Shown here piece by piece: positions 1-14,693 of a DNA stretch of 64,000 nucleotides. This stretch comes from Balanoglossus misakiensis (Eukaryota; Animalia; Hemichordata): positions 1,269,854-1,333,853 of the forward strand of contig CM082596.2 in the NCBI GenBank assembly GCA_040954595.2, in the 5' to 3' direction. Position numbers and translations under genes: made by a program. Position 1 is the stretch's first letter, and the number at the start of each line of letters is the position of its first letter. Below the pieces are notes generated by a model. That model did not search any database and was not told the DNA's origin. It saw nothing but the letters and a program-made list of their open reading frames with translations.

Positions 1-594
1 AAAAATTGTGACTTCTCATTATCCACATAAAGTGACAAAGTTTTACTTTGTTGAAAGGGTTTGACTCTAGTCCAGATCAGTGAAAGTGTTCGAACACTTC
101 AGCAGACATGGGTCAAATGTTGACCCAGCTACTTTCGACCGGAAAAGTTGCAATCCAGAACAATCAAGACAGTTCAACTCAGGACAATGCCGGCTCAACA
201 ACTGGACTTTAAATATGCCATGGTATATTTTAACACTTATCACCATTAACAAGAAACTGATGTCATCAACTACAAACTTTCCTACCTACATGTAAAATTG
301 AAGTGCTCTACACAATTTGTGTTCAGAATTTAGAGAGAATTCTGCCGTTCACACCTAAGCTGTTAGAATAATGGCTCAGTAACTTTTCCAAAAGTGCCTT
401 CGCTTGAACCGTCACGAAATCACTCTGCCAAGAATGCATAGCAACTTCAAAAACCTTGTAAACACACTTGATGACAGAAGACGGGACTAGAACGTGAACA
501 GAAGTAGGTGAAAATTGAACCTGAGAGACAAAAAATGTGCACCCTCACACTATGAGTGGAATGCAACAATTGTATAAAAGTAAATGTTATTTAC

Positions 595-657
595 CTTGTG
601 AGGAAAGATCTTTACCACATACTGGAAATTAAATCGAGTGTTCAGCTCGGCTGGCAT
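595..657 (-). CDS. Candidate alternative first coding exon MPAELNTRFNFQYVVKIFPHK
   Basis: 21 open codons from an ATG to a phase-0 donor AAG|GTAAAT, downstream of a relatively CpG-rich patch (~660-790). Confidence 0.3.
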
Positions 658-3600
658 ACCGTCATAGCAGCCATGAGATGTTTTTTTTAAATGGTGGAGT
701 AGCTGTTAGTCCGACTAGGGCGAGGGTCAGGTGGTATTTTTAGCGAGCGTCAAATGCCAGGATACCGTTTAGACGTGACAGTGTTTTCTCGCACTCAGCA
801 AGTTGATCTGGGACTCCCACAATGGGAAACAATGGGTTTTTGGAATTCAAGGTTGGGACCATAGGGTGTTGGGATTTTATTCAGAAGAGTTAAAAGGACT
901 GACTTAAAGCCTTGAAGGACGGGTCGCAATACAACGAACAATTGTCGTAAGCGCCCCACCGCTGTGACCAACCTAACTGATCGCAGGAAGTGACCTCAAT
1001 GTAATACGCCTACAATAACCGTAAAAGGACAACATTGAACACTCACAGCAGAAATAGCCACCTATCCAATTGGCATATTTATGTCCATAATTGTACTTAT
1101 TATAATAATCACTGTAATAAGAATGTTCTAAGTACTGGTCGTAATATTCAAACATTATACCTCGGCTGTTGTGTCATCTCACATCACAAGGGGTACAACA
1201 TGTGGCTTACATATGGAAACTGACTGACCCGAACTAGTTCAGCCATGGAGACAGCATAGGCATTCGTTAATCGCTTTTTGATTTTCCGGTTTCATATTTG
1301 TACACCAATAAATTTGCCTGGCAATGCAAACACACCATTGGTCACACATGTAAAGTGGATTGGTGAAAACATGTTGTTGTGATCGGAATGAGAGGTGAAT
1401 TGAAGTTGGAATGTTTATTCCGTCGCCCGTACTTCTCCAGGATAAATCTAATCAGACGGATAGTCGCAGGTTGTGTTTTCTCTAAGATCAGATATTACAC
1501 TAGATGGAAGACGAGAATAATGTAACTTCTAGTTTAGTGTGGATACCTTTGAACAGATGTTTGCACCGTGTGGAAATTGGCCAAAGCGATTCAGACTCTG
1601 GTTGTATTCACCAACTTACATATTACGCCACATGTCGACTGGTTCCGCCAGTAAACGTGCAGACAGGCATGTCATGGGACAAGCCACAAACAAGATTTCA
1701 AGTCAAATGTATGGTTGCCGAGGTGATCTGAAGTTATTAGGGCTCAATTAGATCGTGCCTACATGCCAGAGTGGTTATATGTTACGACACTACGGGAGAT
1801 CAAACGTGCTGATTTGTGCAACCGCCTCCAACCTGACAGTCCCATTGTCCAAAGTAACATTCTTCAACTCTACCAGTAGTACATGTTATCTCACCATCTC
1901 ACAGAAGCATTTCATTTAGAAGTGAAAACTTTCAAGGTATTCATACCACAGTCAACTGTCATACAGACAGCACCACGTGTAATTATATGTATTTGGTGGT
2001 CCAGTGGATTGCGCATACGAGCAGAACGATTAATTCCCTCACGGCACATCAATCATACATTCATAAATCTTCAACATGGCACAAACAGGCTAAATGGTTT
2101 TAAGCATTTATCACTTAAACTCCAGACTCAGATATACTGGGTTGAAAGAAATACTTCCAACACACAACATTTTGACCTTCAACAGGATTATCCAATAACG
2201 CCACCCCGCTGAGCACAATTACCTAGATCTTTCCCCTTCCTCCAAAAATCCAAAAAGGTACATTAGATCAACTCGCCTTTTCATGAGACGTCCTGCGACA
2301 GGTGGCTCGAATAACACTTTGTTTTTAATTTACAGGTGCTCACAAAACCAACTGCCACTCAACCCATATTCAATTGTCCAGTTGTGTAACAACGTAATTC
2401 AGATGGAAGTTCTAAAATTAATATCACCAACTGAAATATTCATGGAATGTCAACTGCGGATCCGGGCCCAGTTGCTACATTCGATGAGGTCAAAGTTCAC
2501 TTGGCCTTATATAATTCAGCATGTGAAGCCCACTAGAAAGATAGCACAATTAGGATACAATGGGCATACCTGACTCTAAGTGTGATTTATTTTTCCTATG
2601 TGTCTGCCAGAAGCCATAAAAGTCCTTGAATGTGTGAACTATGTCATCAATGTGGTAGCAGCCAAAGTTTTACAGGTCTGTCACATTGCAATCTGTGATT
2701 CGTGGCATTTCAGCAGTAGTGCTCAATTCCCAGGGGTGTATAACAAGTTTACGCATTCCAGTCTTGTAGAAACGCACAGAAAATAATGAGATTAGTTATA
2801 AATTCTTGCAGAGTCGGAAGTGAAATAATCCACCAACACTCTAATAGTGACATTTGCATTTGTGATGTTTCGATAGATCGACTTGATCACTTCTTTCAAA
2901 GATATAATAGAAGTGATGATTCAGCATTTTTAGGTGCATATTAAAACATGATGTTTTCTGCTTTTCTACTTTGCTCCACGAGCTTGCCGCCATATTTCAA
3001 TACCTGACCTGGCTACTTTACAAGCACCGTTCTGATTGTAGTGTTCAAATCAGACGACGTACCTCCACAAAAAACACCAATACCTGTCATACATATTCAA
3101 ATGAAGCCAGTGCAAACACTCCAAATCACAACAACCCCGGACAACAGCAACAACCGATGTCACTCCACACCATTCTGCAGCGGGACAATACCGTACAATT
3201 CCTTACGTAAACCAAACTTTTCAGTTAACACCGCTTTGAATATGAAAGGAAACACAAACAAGTTAAATGGACTATGGAAAAGACACAGAGAGAAGTCAAT
3301 GCCCTGTAACTTTTGTGTAATCCCGTAGCAAGACACTTCACCACTGGGAAAAAACTTGTGTCAATCATGGTACAGCAGAGCAGGTGGCCTGTACCCCGAT
3401 CAAGAGGGCCACTTCTCATGGCATTGCACGAAAGACAACCATGTGTCTTCTTCAATGCAGACTTCATGGGGTACCCTCTATTGGTCTGCGACCATCAACA
3501 TGACCAATTGTTCCAATCACTTAACACATTTATGGCTTATTAGGCAGACAGACAATACCCACCACCGCAGAGCGACTCGGCCAATTTGAGGAAAAAGCAT

Positions 3601-6600
3601 CAAAGTGACCAGAATCACGAAATCCGGCCACTAAAGTTCTTTACCCATAAATCACAAAGACTTGTAAAAACCAAAAATAAGAAGTTCTCTCCAGGAAAAC
3701 AGACCACCTACTTGGCAAAGTCTTTATGGGCATGTAGTTTGTTTATAGGAGTGTTTTCTAGAAACTAACTGTATTCTTTAAAACATCTGCTTTCAACGAG
3801 CGTAAATTACAGCATTATCTGTTCACACTGCCATTTCTCCCCACCAGATCTGCTTCATGGAAGAATCCCTATGTTAAAATCCCAGTGGACCAAACTAAAA
3901 CAATGGTGAGAGGGGTGTGTGAGATTTACAGATCACAGTGCCAAGTTACCACGCGTAACAACAACAACAAGAAGGCTCTTTTACCTGCCCTTTTACGCGA
4001 CTTCAACAGGTGGCCTGATCAGTGGTATCTCCACTCTGTTCCGGTTCACTTACCAAGCGTCGTGTCTCCACAAATCACGGAACTCCTCTCCTCGGACACC
4101 ACTACTGATATCCAACCTTGTCAGACCAGACAGGTCTGGTGATTACCATACCGGATATGTGTAATGTTTGCGGCAAACTCCAAAGACAGTCAGACACCTC
4201 CAGACGACAACCACCTTTGCCCAGTGCGAATATGTGTGACCCGGACTTAGGGGTGGTTATTGGTGTACACACTTTGTTTTAAACCAGTGTGTCAATAACC
4301 ATTGCTATTAAGACCTGAATGGCAGCTAATCTACCAATTGTAATCTACAATCATAACATATTCAATACTATTTGAATTTTCCGGTCAAGGGTTATCGCCA
4401 CCATACCACATGTGCGTCCATAAAAACCATTTGCTTTCAGGGTCTATGGTCCATCATGCACACGCCACCAACAGTTGCATCAACCAAGATTTATTTTGAC
4501 CAGAGTAACACTACAGTATTAGTTTATCACAAGAAGTAAAGTTTTTTTATGCTGCTTCTCTGAATGAAATTTCATTTCGCGACTTTCTGACACTTTTGTC
4601 AAAATCTCGTCTTTTGCTGCAGGCAGTTTTGGTTGTCAATTCTCACATGTTCTTGTTGACTTGGAGTATTTGCATAGCGTTATTCCTTTATTTGGCATTG
4701 AAATATTTATCAAGTAAATCAATTTGCCCAAAGATGAAGCTGATTAAAAAGACATGGGTTCATAACATGAATTCATTTATATGTACTTGTCAGGAAAATA
4801 TGACATTGGTGATTTCAAGTAAATATTTCAACATGGGAAAAACAAATATGTCTGAGATTGTTTCAAATAACTGATTGATTTGTATCACAGAAGTACAAAA
4901 ACCAGACTGCGTGCTCAAATGTTGGTTCAATTTCTTAAATCTGATGTTCATTCACACCTGTGAGACAGGTGAACTAACAAGTCACCCAGCTCTACTACAA
5001 ATTTATCCAAACAATAAACATCTTAAGATCATTGAAGTTCCTCACAAATCTTGACAAATTAGTTCTCCTCCCACAAATCTTTGTTGTGACAGGAACAACA
5101 AATTGATGTCAAATGAAAATAACCTCTTGCAAATTGTAAGATCTCCAATCGTGATAACAGCCTTCAAATCAAATGAAGGGGTGTTCCTATCACAGAGTGA
5201 ATCACAAAATTGTCCTCTTCTGAAATTCACTTTTAAACCAGTTTAATGTTATTATTGTTATATAATATTTTAATGTCAATGGTATTTGCAAGTCTCATCC
5301 CAAATATGAAACTAAAGGTACAGAAGGTGTGTGACAGTGTCTTTTAGCCCCAGTGTTCCTATTAAAACTAAAAGAAACCACATACAAAGATCCTGGGAAC
5401 TTTCCTTTTTGAACTATGACTTAAATCGAATAGTTTTAATTTGTGTTTTTAAAGACAGAAATTGTGCGCTGTTCAAGATGGATGGTTCTGTGTTACCATA
5501 ACAACAATTGTGTACATTACAGGCTTTAGTGGTCCTTTCAAGTCACCATGACGATAATTGGATAGATTTAAAGGCTAAGTGGTTCCACCAAGTAATACCA
5601 CAGTCAATGTCACCTTTGTGTTTGGGCCACACTAGTCACCACCTTCTGACCTACAGCCATCTTAACTTAAACCTTCTCAAAATTAACCTTTTGAAGCTGA
5701 AAGCATCTTGATTTCCGAATGGTTGCTTGGTTAAAATGATGCATCACCTAGGTCACAATGAAAAGCACAATGTTTGCCACCGAAAGAACGAAACTGACTG
5801 GTCCTATGTCAAGCACTGGAACTGCAAATAAACTTTGGGCCACCGAAACATTATAGATCACTGCAAAAACAGGGTATGACACTAAGCAACTGGCACTGAA
5901 ATAAGCTCTAGCAGGAACACTGAACTCCAGCACATCTTAAGTATTTGTCAACAACCTCCATCTCAAAGTCTTATGAAGTTCAAACATCATTGCTTGCAGG
6001 GGGATTACTTTGTTCTTGAAGTGCAGCTGGACGTCATCATCGTCATGGCTTTTAAGTCAATTTCAACAAGTCTTGGACTTGGGCCTAAAAGCTCTTAATG
6101 CAACCAGTAAACCACACAGGGCAATAAAGTGTGAAACGAAACTTCACAAACGTCGAACGTTTCTGACATTTCTCACGAATATCACCCACAGCTCAAACTT
6201 AACAAACCGTGGAATCATGGGATAGCTGAACCTCCGCTCATGACTCTTGCTATATGAGCTTCTCAGATTCCAAACCTGGTTTGTGATCACAAAGTTTTGT
6301 GACTGATGTATTCTGATAAAGGTTTGATGACTACACTTACCTGTAAAACGCATTAAACAAGAAGATCACAGACAGTATGTCTCTCTCTAACTGTCCCTAA
6401 CTCTTTTTAGCTTTCTCAGATTCTTTCTTGCTGTATCCGTCTGTTTTTCTGTCTGTACCTCTGAAGATCTCTGTCTATCTGTGATTGTCTCTGAACTTCA
6501 CGTCTTATACTAGCTGATCAATGTCCTCTCATTTCCATCTTCCTGTCTTGCATTGTCCTATTCTCCTGACTGTCTCTATAATATTAGTTTTTCTATCCCA

Positions 6601-8803
6601 TTACCATCTCCACAATCCTTGGCCAACCCATTATCTTCAGAAAATCAACAGCTAATACTCAGATAATTAGCAGATAAAATCAAGAGAGATTCTTATGAAT
6701 GACAAAGATTTGTACAATGATCTCCGGCTGGACCTCCAATTGCACATAAGAGGGTGTGTCATCACAACACCACGACGACCTTAAATCAGAAAACTGAACA
6801 AAAGTTCCCCAGAGACAAGAATGCAGTGATTTTCAAAATAAATCCTCGTTGAATAAACACCAGAACTTAAAAGTTGATTGAACTCAGCTATCTCAATCTC
6901 TCCTTCACTGACCAACCTGGACAACAAAATCCGAAATCTTTCAATACACATAAAGAACATACACAGTTGTACTTGAACTTTTTTTACCGTCAGACTCAGA
7001 CCAATTGAAGTGTTTCTGATTTATAAAATATTAGGACAGACGACATTTGCAGCTTTAACATTATCTAGATACAGTGGATCAGTATTCAGATCAAGAAAAG
7101 ACCAGGTAAGAAAAAGGTTATGTCCTTTTTGTTTAGATTCAATAAAATAACCAACAAAGAAGTATTCAATTCTCGAGGCAGGGGTGAATAGGTGCACAAG
7201 ATGAACACGTTCTAAATAAGTTAATAAATTGAACGTAATGAAATTCACAGCTTCAGTACATCGGATTCAGAGCTGATTGATATCAGCTATTCACTGAAAA
7301 AATTGGCACTTTGCGATAAACCAACCAAGTGAAGATGCTTTTGGTTCCCACAATGCATTGTTATATTGGACCATCTCTGGAGATCTGTGACTGTACTCAG
7401 CTAAATTTAGTGATGGTGGATCGATTAATCCATAAATTTGAAACAACGTTCCCAGCAGTTATTGAAAGTTTGGTGCATGGGGGTTGATGTGAATACAAAT
7501 GTTCTGCCATTGGTATAAAGCAACTGCAAGGAATGTTGTTATATACTTGACTCAAATAAGCTCTTAGTTCAGTTGAGTACAATCGCCTGTCTCTAGGGAT
7601 GGTATGCTATAATGGACAACTCATTCTTTTATATGTCTGTCAGACAACCACCAGTTTCACTGAGATGAGTTAGTACTTTACAGGGTTGTTGCGTGCTGGG
7701 TGTGTTTGTACATAACAACATTCTTAGCCATTTCCCTGAACATGTTCAGACTTTGGTGTGCCGGGTAAATGCTGCTGGAATTATCTGTTACAAGTCATAG
7801 AACTACACGTAAATGTATGCATCATAACCTTGTACAGTGTTTGGTTTTAATAGACAGATACGTGATGTAACGCAGCTATTGTCAGGATTTTTATGGCCAC
7901 TTGAGTGCTACTAGTGACACCAAGGACATTTTCAACCAAACGTGCATACACACCTGTAGTCAGTGCAGAGTGTGAAAATTCAAGACTATCAGCAATTACT
8001 CTCAATTTCAGTTCTGTGATGAACAGAACAGAACAGAACAGAACACAACGTAGATCAACACCCTTTGGTAGAATCAAACCTCAGAATTGCCACAGCTCTG
8101 ATTGATGGAATACCAATGATTCTATGATAAATGGTATTTGACAAACTCAACACCAAACACATTAAAATGCACTGTGTTTGTGAAATTGTTGTCTCTGGCA
8201 TGTCACAAAGCATACACATTTTTCCCTGTAAAGATAGAAGTTGGAATGTAGAACAGGAAAGTTGTAATACAGGTATTGGTGAGAATGGGAGAAGGCAATT
8301 TGACCTAGATAGCTAAGTTGTACTCAATGTGAAATATGCATTACTCTAGATTGTATAAAAGGTAAACACTTCAACAGCAACTGTTACTCAGGGACTTCGT
8401 ACAGAATTACAAAGCGTAAATCTTTTCCAGTAAACAAGCGCAATGTTTTGAAAAGCATTAAACAAAGTCTAGGACAGTTATGGTAGCAAAGATCAGTTTG
8501 TCCAAAGTGCGTACTGGCCAACGTCGTTGGATTTCAACCAATCCTACTCATAATTCAAAGACTGTCAATGCATGCGGGCCAAAACAAACTTCGAAGGTAC
8601 CTACCCAGATTTCTATCGCTGAAGTTCACTCCAATATCACATAGCTATCATGTTCATCTCCGAACAAAGAGTGAATTGTGGTCTTAAGGTAAATGCAACT
8701 GACTCCTAGTCGTTGCCTTTCTTTCTCACACCACTCCCTGAAGTATACGCGACAAACCACTACTTAATTACGTACCTATTTGGCAAAGTTACCGCAGACT
8801 GAG

Positions 8804-8816
8804 TGACCTCTGACCT
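8804..8816 (-). promoter_or_regulatory. Perfect DR1 nuclear-receptor element (AGGTCA-G-AGGTCA)
   Basis: TGACCTcTGACCT on the + strand, which matches the RXR/COUP-TF/HNF4-type consensus. Function is not shown. Confidence 0.4.
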
Positions 8817-11019
8817 CTCCATATTGAGCACCGACAACCACCCACAATTGACATTTAGAATTCTGCGGCCATATTCAGCGACAAACTACATGGTTCAGTG
8901 ACAGATAGTCCAACTTTTTTTGTCCATTGAACAATTTCATCCTCTCTACACAGCATAGAATCAAGTGATGAACTGGAATAAAGTGAAAACGACAAAACGG
9001 GAATTGCCAACCACTTTGTAAATGTTTCTCGTCTGATATTTTTTGTATAAACATAGTTTTTCCCAACGGGCATATGGCAAAATTCCAACAACCAAAACTG
9101 ACACACCCCAATTCTGATACTTCGTATCACATGAAATTCTATGACTCCAGAACTCTACTACTCAATGTACATGTAATACTTACTTTAAAATCTGGCCATG
9201 AACCTAAAAGACAGCATGGTGCCCATAATAATCTACCAGGTACAATGTCACCATTTTTTCAGAGACTCGAAGATGAAGAGAAAAGTTCATTGACTTGCAT
9301 CAGCATCTTTGAATTCAATCACATTAACTTTTACTGTCCAACCATCACATTCAATCAGCAAGGTAAACACTGAAAAATCTCTCTAAAATACCACCATAAA
9401 CTAGTAACTATGACAACGCTATTTTACGATTCTCCATAAACCTAACATTCGACCAAAAGCTACTGAAGCCATTTAAACATCCTAAGCCCTTATGTTTTAC
9501 ACTGATCAAGAATTTTCCCCCAAAGTGGTGATAATATATATTAAGCTTCAGACAAATTGCAAATTTTATTACTTTATACTCAAGAGTATACACCCAATGT
9601 ACTTTATGAGTCTATAAAATAACACAATACTGTCACTTCATCTTTATAATGTAGTTAAGCAATCTTACACAATTTACCAACCGTAATTTGAAACAATATG
9701 TTAATATTAATTGCATGACCCTCAATTAAAGTGAGGTATAAACTTAGTCCATAAATTTTCACATGAGACCATTATCCTGACATTTTACCTGGAATAATTC
9801 AAAATTCAACGTCTTCCTGACATGAAGTTTTCCACGATTTATTCTCCAAGATCAATGCAATACTTGATTCAAACACTTTCACCTTTTGGTCCAGTGCAGT
9901 CATTGTCCAACACGACAACTGCCAGTATATGGGGTTGGATCAATAAACTGTGCTTTACTGTGTGTTGCAAGAACAGAAGATATACTCCATTGCTTTAGAA
10001 ATATACAAACAGACGACACCACCACAAGAGAAAGACCAACCCCTCCAACGTCCCTAGTTCACAAGTCAGGGCAGTACATTGAATGTAGAAATGATTTATG
10101 TTTTCCTATTGCGAAACCGTCTCTACAAAAACTTTTTACCAGAAAGAAATGTAAACAGACAAGTTTCAAGTTGTCATGATGAAACAACATTTACGGTAGT
10201 TTTGTTGCAGAAGAAGACTTCTTCTTCTTCGGTAAAAAAACTTCAGTTTGAGGTGACACCATGGCCTGCTTCATCAACAACATCATGCACTGCAAGATTT
10301 TTATCATACCTGCAGGTTAAATGGCTTGAGGGAATGACAACCTTCTTTGGTCCGGTTTTGGTGAAGGATCACTGCGTTGGCACATCTTCAGAAAAAAAAC
10401 TCTTAATAATATTCAACATCACAAATCACTAGTGGTTGGTCAGACCTTCGCTGACCTCAGAAATAAACAACCAAGGTAGGTAGCAAATAGCCCAATAATT
10501 TACCACTGTTTTGAGTTTGCTGGATATAACAGGTTGACTACCCTAGATGTACTTGATGTCGAGGAACAATCCTTTCACTCATAACAGCATGTTATTCTCA
10601 ATTTTCTAGAGATTTTTGGCAACAACTCATGGACATTGGCACTGGGGTAGCTTTTGGCTGGCACTGGGTTTAATGTAGCATTGAGTCAAACCCACTTTTA
10701 AGGACACATATTATGATTCAAATGATGCGAACGATTACTTTCTTCTTCAACTACCGGACACAGCAATTTAAAGAATGAAAGGCAGACTTTTACTCAACAC
10801 CACTAAGAAGATTATATACTTAGCATTACAACAGGAATTTTCAACTATCGGTAAACATTCTCTCAACAGGTCAGTTAGTTGACCATGACAGAAAAGCTAG
10901 ACAAAAAGAACAATGGTGAAGATTTGGAATTTACTTCTCCTTATCTGGAAGTAGAAAAACTTTTGCATAAGAACTGAGCAACTGAGAAAATGAACGACCT
11001 TTGTATGAATGACTTTTGA

Positions 11020-11089
11020 ATGGACAAACGAACAAAGGAAGGAACAAATAAAAGAATGAAGGAATGAATGAAGGAATGAATGAATGAAT
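11020..11089. repeat. Degenerate (GAAT/GAAG)n microsatellite
   Basis: gaatgaaggaatgaatgaaggaatgaatgaatgaat. Confidence 0.8.
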
Positions 11090-14000
11090 ACAAATGCAAT
11101 GCATATTTTAAATATCTGAGTATATCGATGCAAATGTATGTGACGTATAAATGCATACTCGAATGACACAATCTGTGGAATGTGCCACCAGGTACCTCTC
11201 CAAAGAATTTCATGCAGGTTACAGTATTTACAAGGAAGATGACAGAATGGCTCAAGGAGATGATGGTTCAGTGTTTCTATGTTTGGCTAGCAGAACAAGA
11301 ACTTCTCGAATGAAACAGAAACAAGAATTAATACGGAAAGAAGGCACAACCTGGTTGTACGAAAACAAAACGGCAGCAACAGAATGGAAGGAAAACATTC
11401 CTGATCGCATTCCACAGGAAGTTATTAATCAGTTTAAAATAGCTTGTTACTCAAGTATGACTGGTGTTATGTGTTAATCACATACCTTTGTGCTCAGTTA
11501 CAAGCAGTTGACAAACGTCTGTGTGTGCAGAGGGGAGGGGTATGAGTGGAAAGGGGAGAGGGAGGGAGTGGGGGTAAGAACTACTTGAGTTTTGACAGTA
11601 CTATGCAGGGGAGGAGGGACTGGGAGGTATAATTAGGAGATGGCCATATGAAGCCTTTCATAAACTGAAACGAAATGGTGTTTGCCATCTGGGCACTGGT
11701 TTTTATACTTAGGCCCACGGTCACTCCCGTGCTAGCCCGAAGTCCCTGGGAGGGAGAAATTGGAAGAGTCATCAATAAAGCTGGATATCTGTGTTTTGGT
11801 AATAACAGACGTCTGACCCACAACACTGTGCATGGATCAACACTTGTGAAGATGATTTGTAGGGGTTTTAGACTCAAGAGGTAAATTTAGTCCAATGGTT
11901 AAAGAGTTCATTGATGCAAGACCTAGATAATGTTGACTGGAGGGTATTAACCCCTCCCCTGAATTCAATGGAACTGACCACCTTTGCATTGATACTATTG
12001 GGGTGATTCCATGTGCATTGAAAGACTCGGGGGTGGATATCCCAGCATCCCTCAGTCTTGGCTGTGTAAGAATAATGTGGTATGAACTCTTTTTAGAGGA
12101 GAAGGCAAGTCTTCTGAAAGAAAAGGTGGGGAAAAGTCACTGGACGATGATGTATGACAAGTACATGCATGAAAGCTGTGTACTCTAGCGCTTCGTGTAG
12201 GCAAAATGGGTACATGGCAATACCTTTTGTATAATCAAATCAAACTTTTTGGTCAACACCAGAAATTGTCCCACGCAACTAGAATGTGAGCTGAGCAGCA
12301 CTTAGCATAATGACATAACCAGAACAACATGTAACAACTTGTCAAGCAAAACAAAAACAACCAAGCTTCTCTTATACATCAGTAGTTGTACATAAATTTT
12401 CCGAAGAAAACAGAATGTTGCAAAGAAAAGTTCTGGCTAAACTTCACTTACTCTTGATTGGGCGATAAAAGTATGGAGGTGCACAGTTACCTTGGTTATT
12501 GTCTGTTGGATGATTACAGACCATTGATTGCAAGAAATTCCAAAACATCATTAGTGAAGGCGAGACAAAGACTGACCAACACACACAAAAGATTTAAAAG
12601 TCTGACTGACTGTTGAGACTCTCTGCCCATGCCAAAGACTCAAGGACAACACCTATTTGAAGAGAATGCTCAAGGGAATTCCTGATGTAATTACTGCAAC
12701 CTTTCTAGCACAAATAATCAAACTGACATAAAAGGCCTGCAGACCACAACTGTCCCAAATGCAAAACTTGGTTCTGCATGTAAACATCAGATGGCGGGAT
12801 CACAAAAAGTTCCTTTCTGTTGTCAGAAAACCACACGATAACCACAGGACAATATAGAGACATACAATATCACATGACTCTGACAGATGAACAAGACATC
12901 TCAGAGATTACAAGACATACAATAGCACTCAACTCATTACATCCAGCATGACCTTAACATTCATGAACAAATATTTTACTTTCCTTTCAACAAACACTCT
13001 CTGTTGGTAATTTGTTGACCACTGGTCATATTCTCTCAGAAATTTGCATCTTGACGAGAAATTGTCACTTGATCGGCAGACTTGATGTCTGGGCTAATAG
13101 CGATCTACGACCAAACTGCAGACATATTGGCTGTCGTGGTGTGAGGGCTATCAGAGGTTTAAAGATATGAACGATTTAAAGAATCAGTAAATTGGTCAGA
13201 GAAGCGTCAAGGTGGAGTCAAAATGTCTCCAGGTATGGCGTCCTGATTGTACGAAACTTTTGAGTCAACTCACTTCACAACAAGGCTCCACTCCTATAAA
13301 AATAAGAAGCTGTCAACGGACAAAAAAATTTCACTTTGAAAAGCAGATATGGTGAGAGAAGACCCCTTGTCCTAACTGCGACTGACCGACCGACCGCGCC
13401 ATGAAATTTTAGAGCCTAATCAAAACAGAGAGTTAAAAGCATTTTGGATGTCAGAAAAGTGAGCTCTTCCATTTACTGAAAATTGGATCTGTCTGCTTGG
13501 AATCTGGTATCTACACTTAAACTACTCCGACAATGTAATTGCTTGAATGAATGTTATCTGATGATATCACATAGACGCTGACAAAGCCATCCTTGAGACT
13601 TTACGTGAACTCTCATACAAAAAGTTCAATTGATAGTTTCACCGACAACCTTACGTGAAAGTTCCCCCTTTTATATCAGGAATACTTTTATGATTCTCTC
13701 TCACAGTGGTACAAAAGTTGGCTAGTTATCATTTTGTGCAGTAAAACATCATAATAGTGTAATTAATTTGAGAAAACATAATCTATTCAATTCTGATGGG
13801 CTGAAGAAAACCAGCCAACAGTTCAAATTGTCAGTCTCAATCACCTAGTGATGTAAATTGGCTCTGATTTTAACTTGAGAAAGGCACGATTTCTTCAGAA
13901 TGCGTTAGTGCAATCATTGAGGGATTAACCATTTAATTCAACGTTCTTAACATTCTAATATATTTGTACAGCATGGCAAAAACCACAGCAAAACTTTCTA

Positions 14001-14351
14001 TTTTAAGTATCGTGGTAAACAAATCGCTAAAAAGCACTAAAGTACCAATTTCCACTGACAATCAACACTAATAGCTCTGGCAGAGTTGCTGAAAACATGG
14101 AACAAAAGATTCTGATCCTTCTTTGTGCTGGACGGCTGGTGTGTGGTCTTGTCCATAACAGGTTGTGTCCTCATCCTGCATTTGAAAGAAATTTGGTTCA
14201 TCCAGGGGTCTGGACTGTGGTGAGTGGAGTTTAATTATCAAAGAAAAGGGGTGTCCAGATGTTAGTTAAAATACAAGATGAAGAATACATCTGGTTCTTC
14301 TGAGTTCAAATGATGAAACTATTCAGAGATTCAAAGTTGAGGTTTTCAATA

Positions 14352-14693
14352 CTACCGTTGTCATTTAAGCACCCCGAAACACTGATAAGAACTCCAATAT
14401 AATTAGCCATTAGAACTGATTAGAGCAGTTCTGTATCAACACACTCTGGGGGTGTCCTGCTTCGAACATGTCTAAAACACATGTGTACACATTTGTAAAG
14501 AGATTTTACACAGTGTCAGTTTTGAAGCAGGATGCCCCCTGTGGTACATGTTGATACAAAGCTATGTAATCAGTCATAATGATCATTGCAAATGTAACCA
14601 TATGCCGACTTCAGCATAAAAATCTCAGTTTACTCTGGCTAATTATATTGGAGTTCTTATCAGTGTTTCGGGGTGCTTAAATGACAACGGTAG
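14352..14693. mobile_element. Non-autonomous DNA transposon (MITE, Tc1/mariner-like TA target duplication)
   Basis: Perfect 58-bp terminal inverted repeats at 14352-14409 and 14636-14693 (CTACCGTTGTCATTTAAGCACCCCGAAAC...), flanked by TA on both sides. No coding capacity. An additional imperfect internal inverted repeat is present. Confidence 0.9.
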
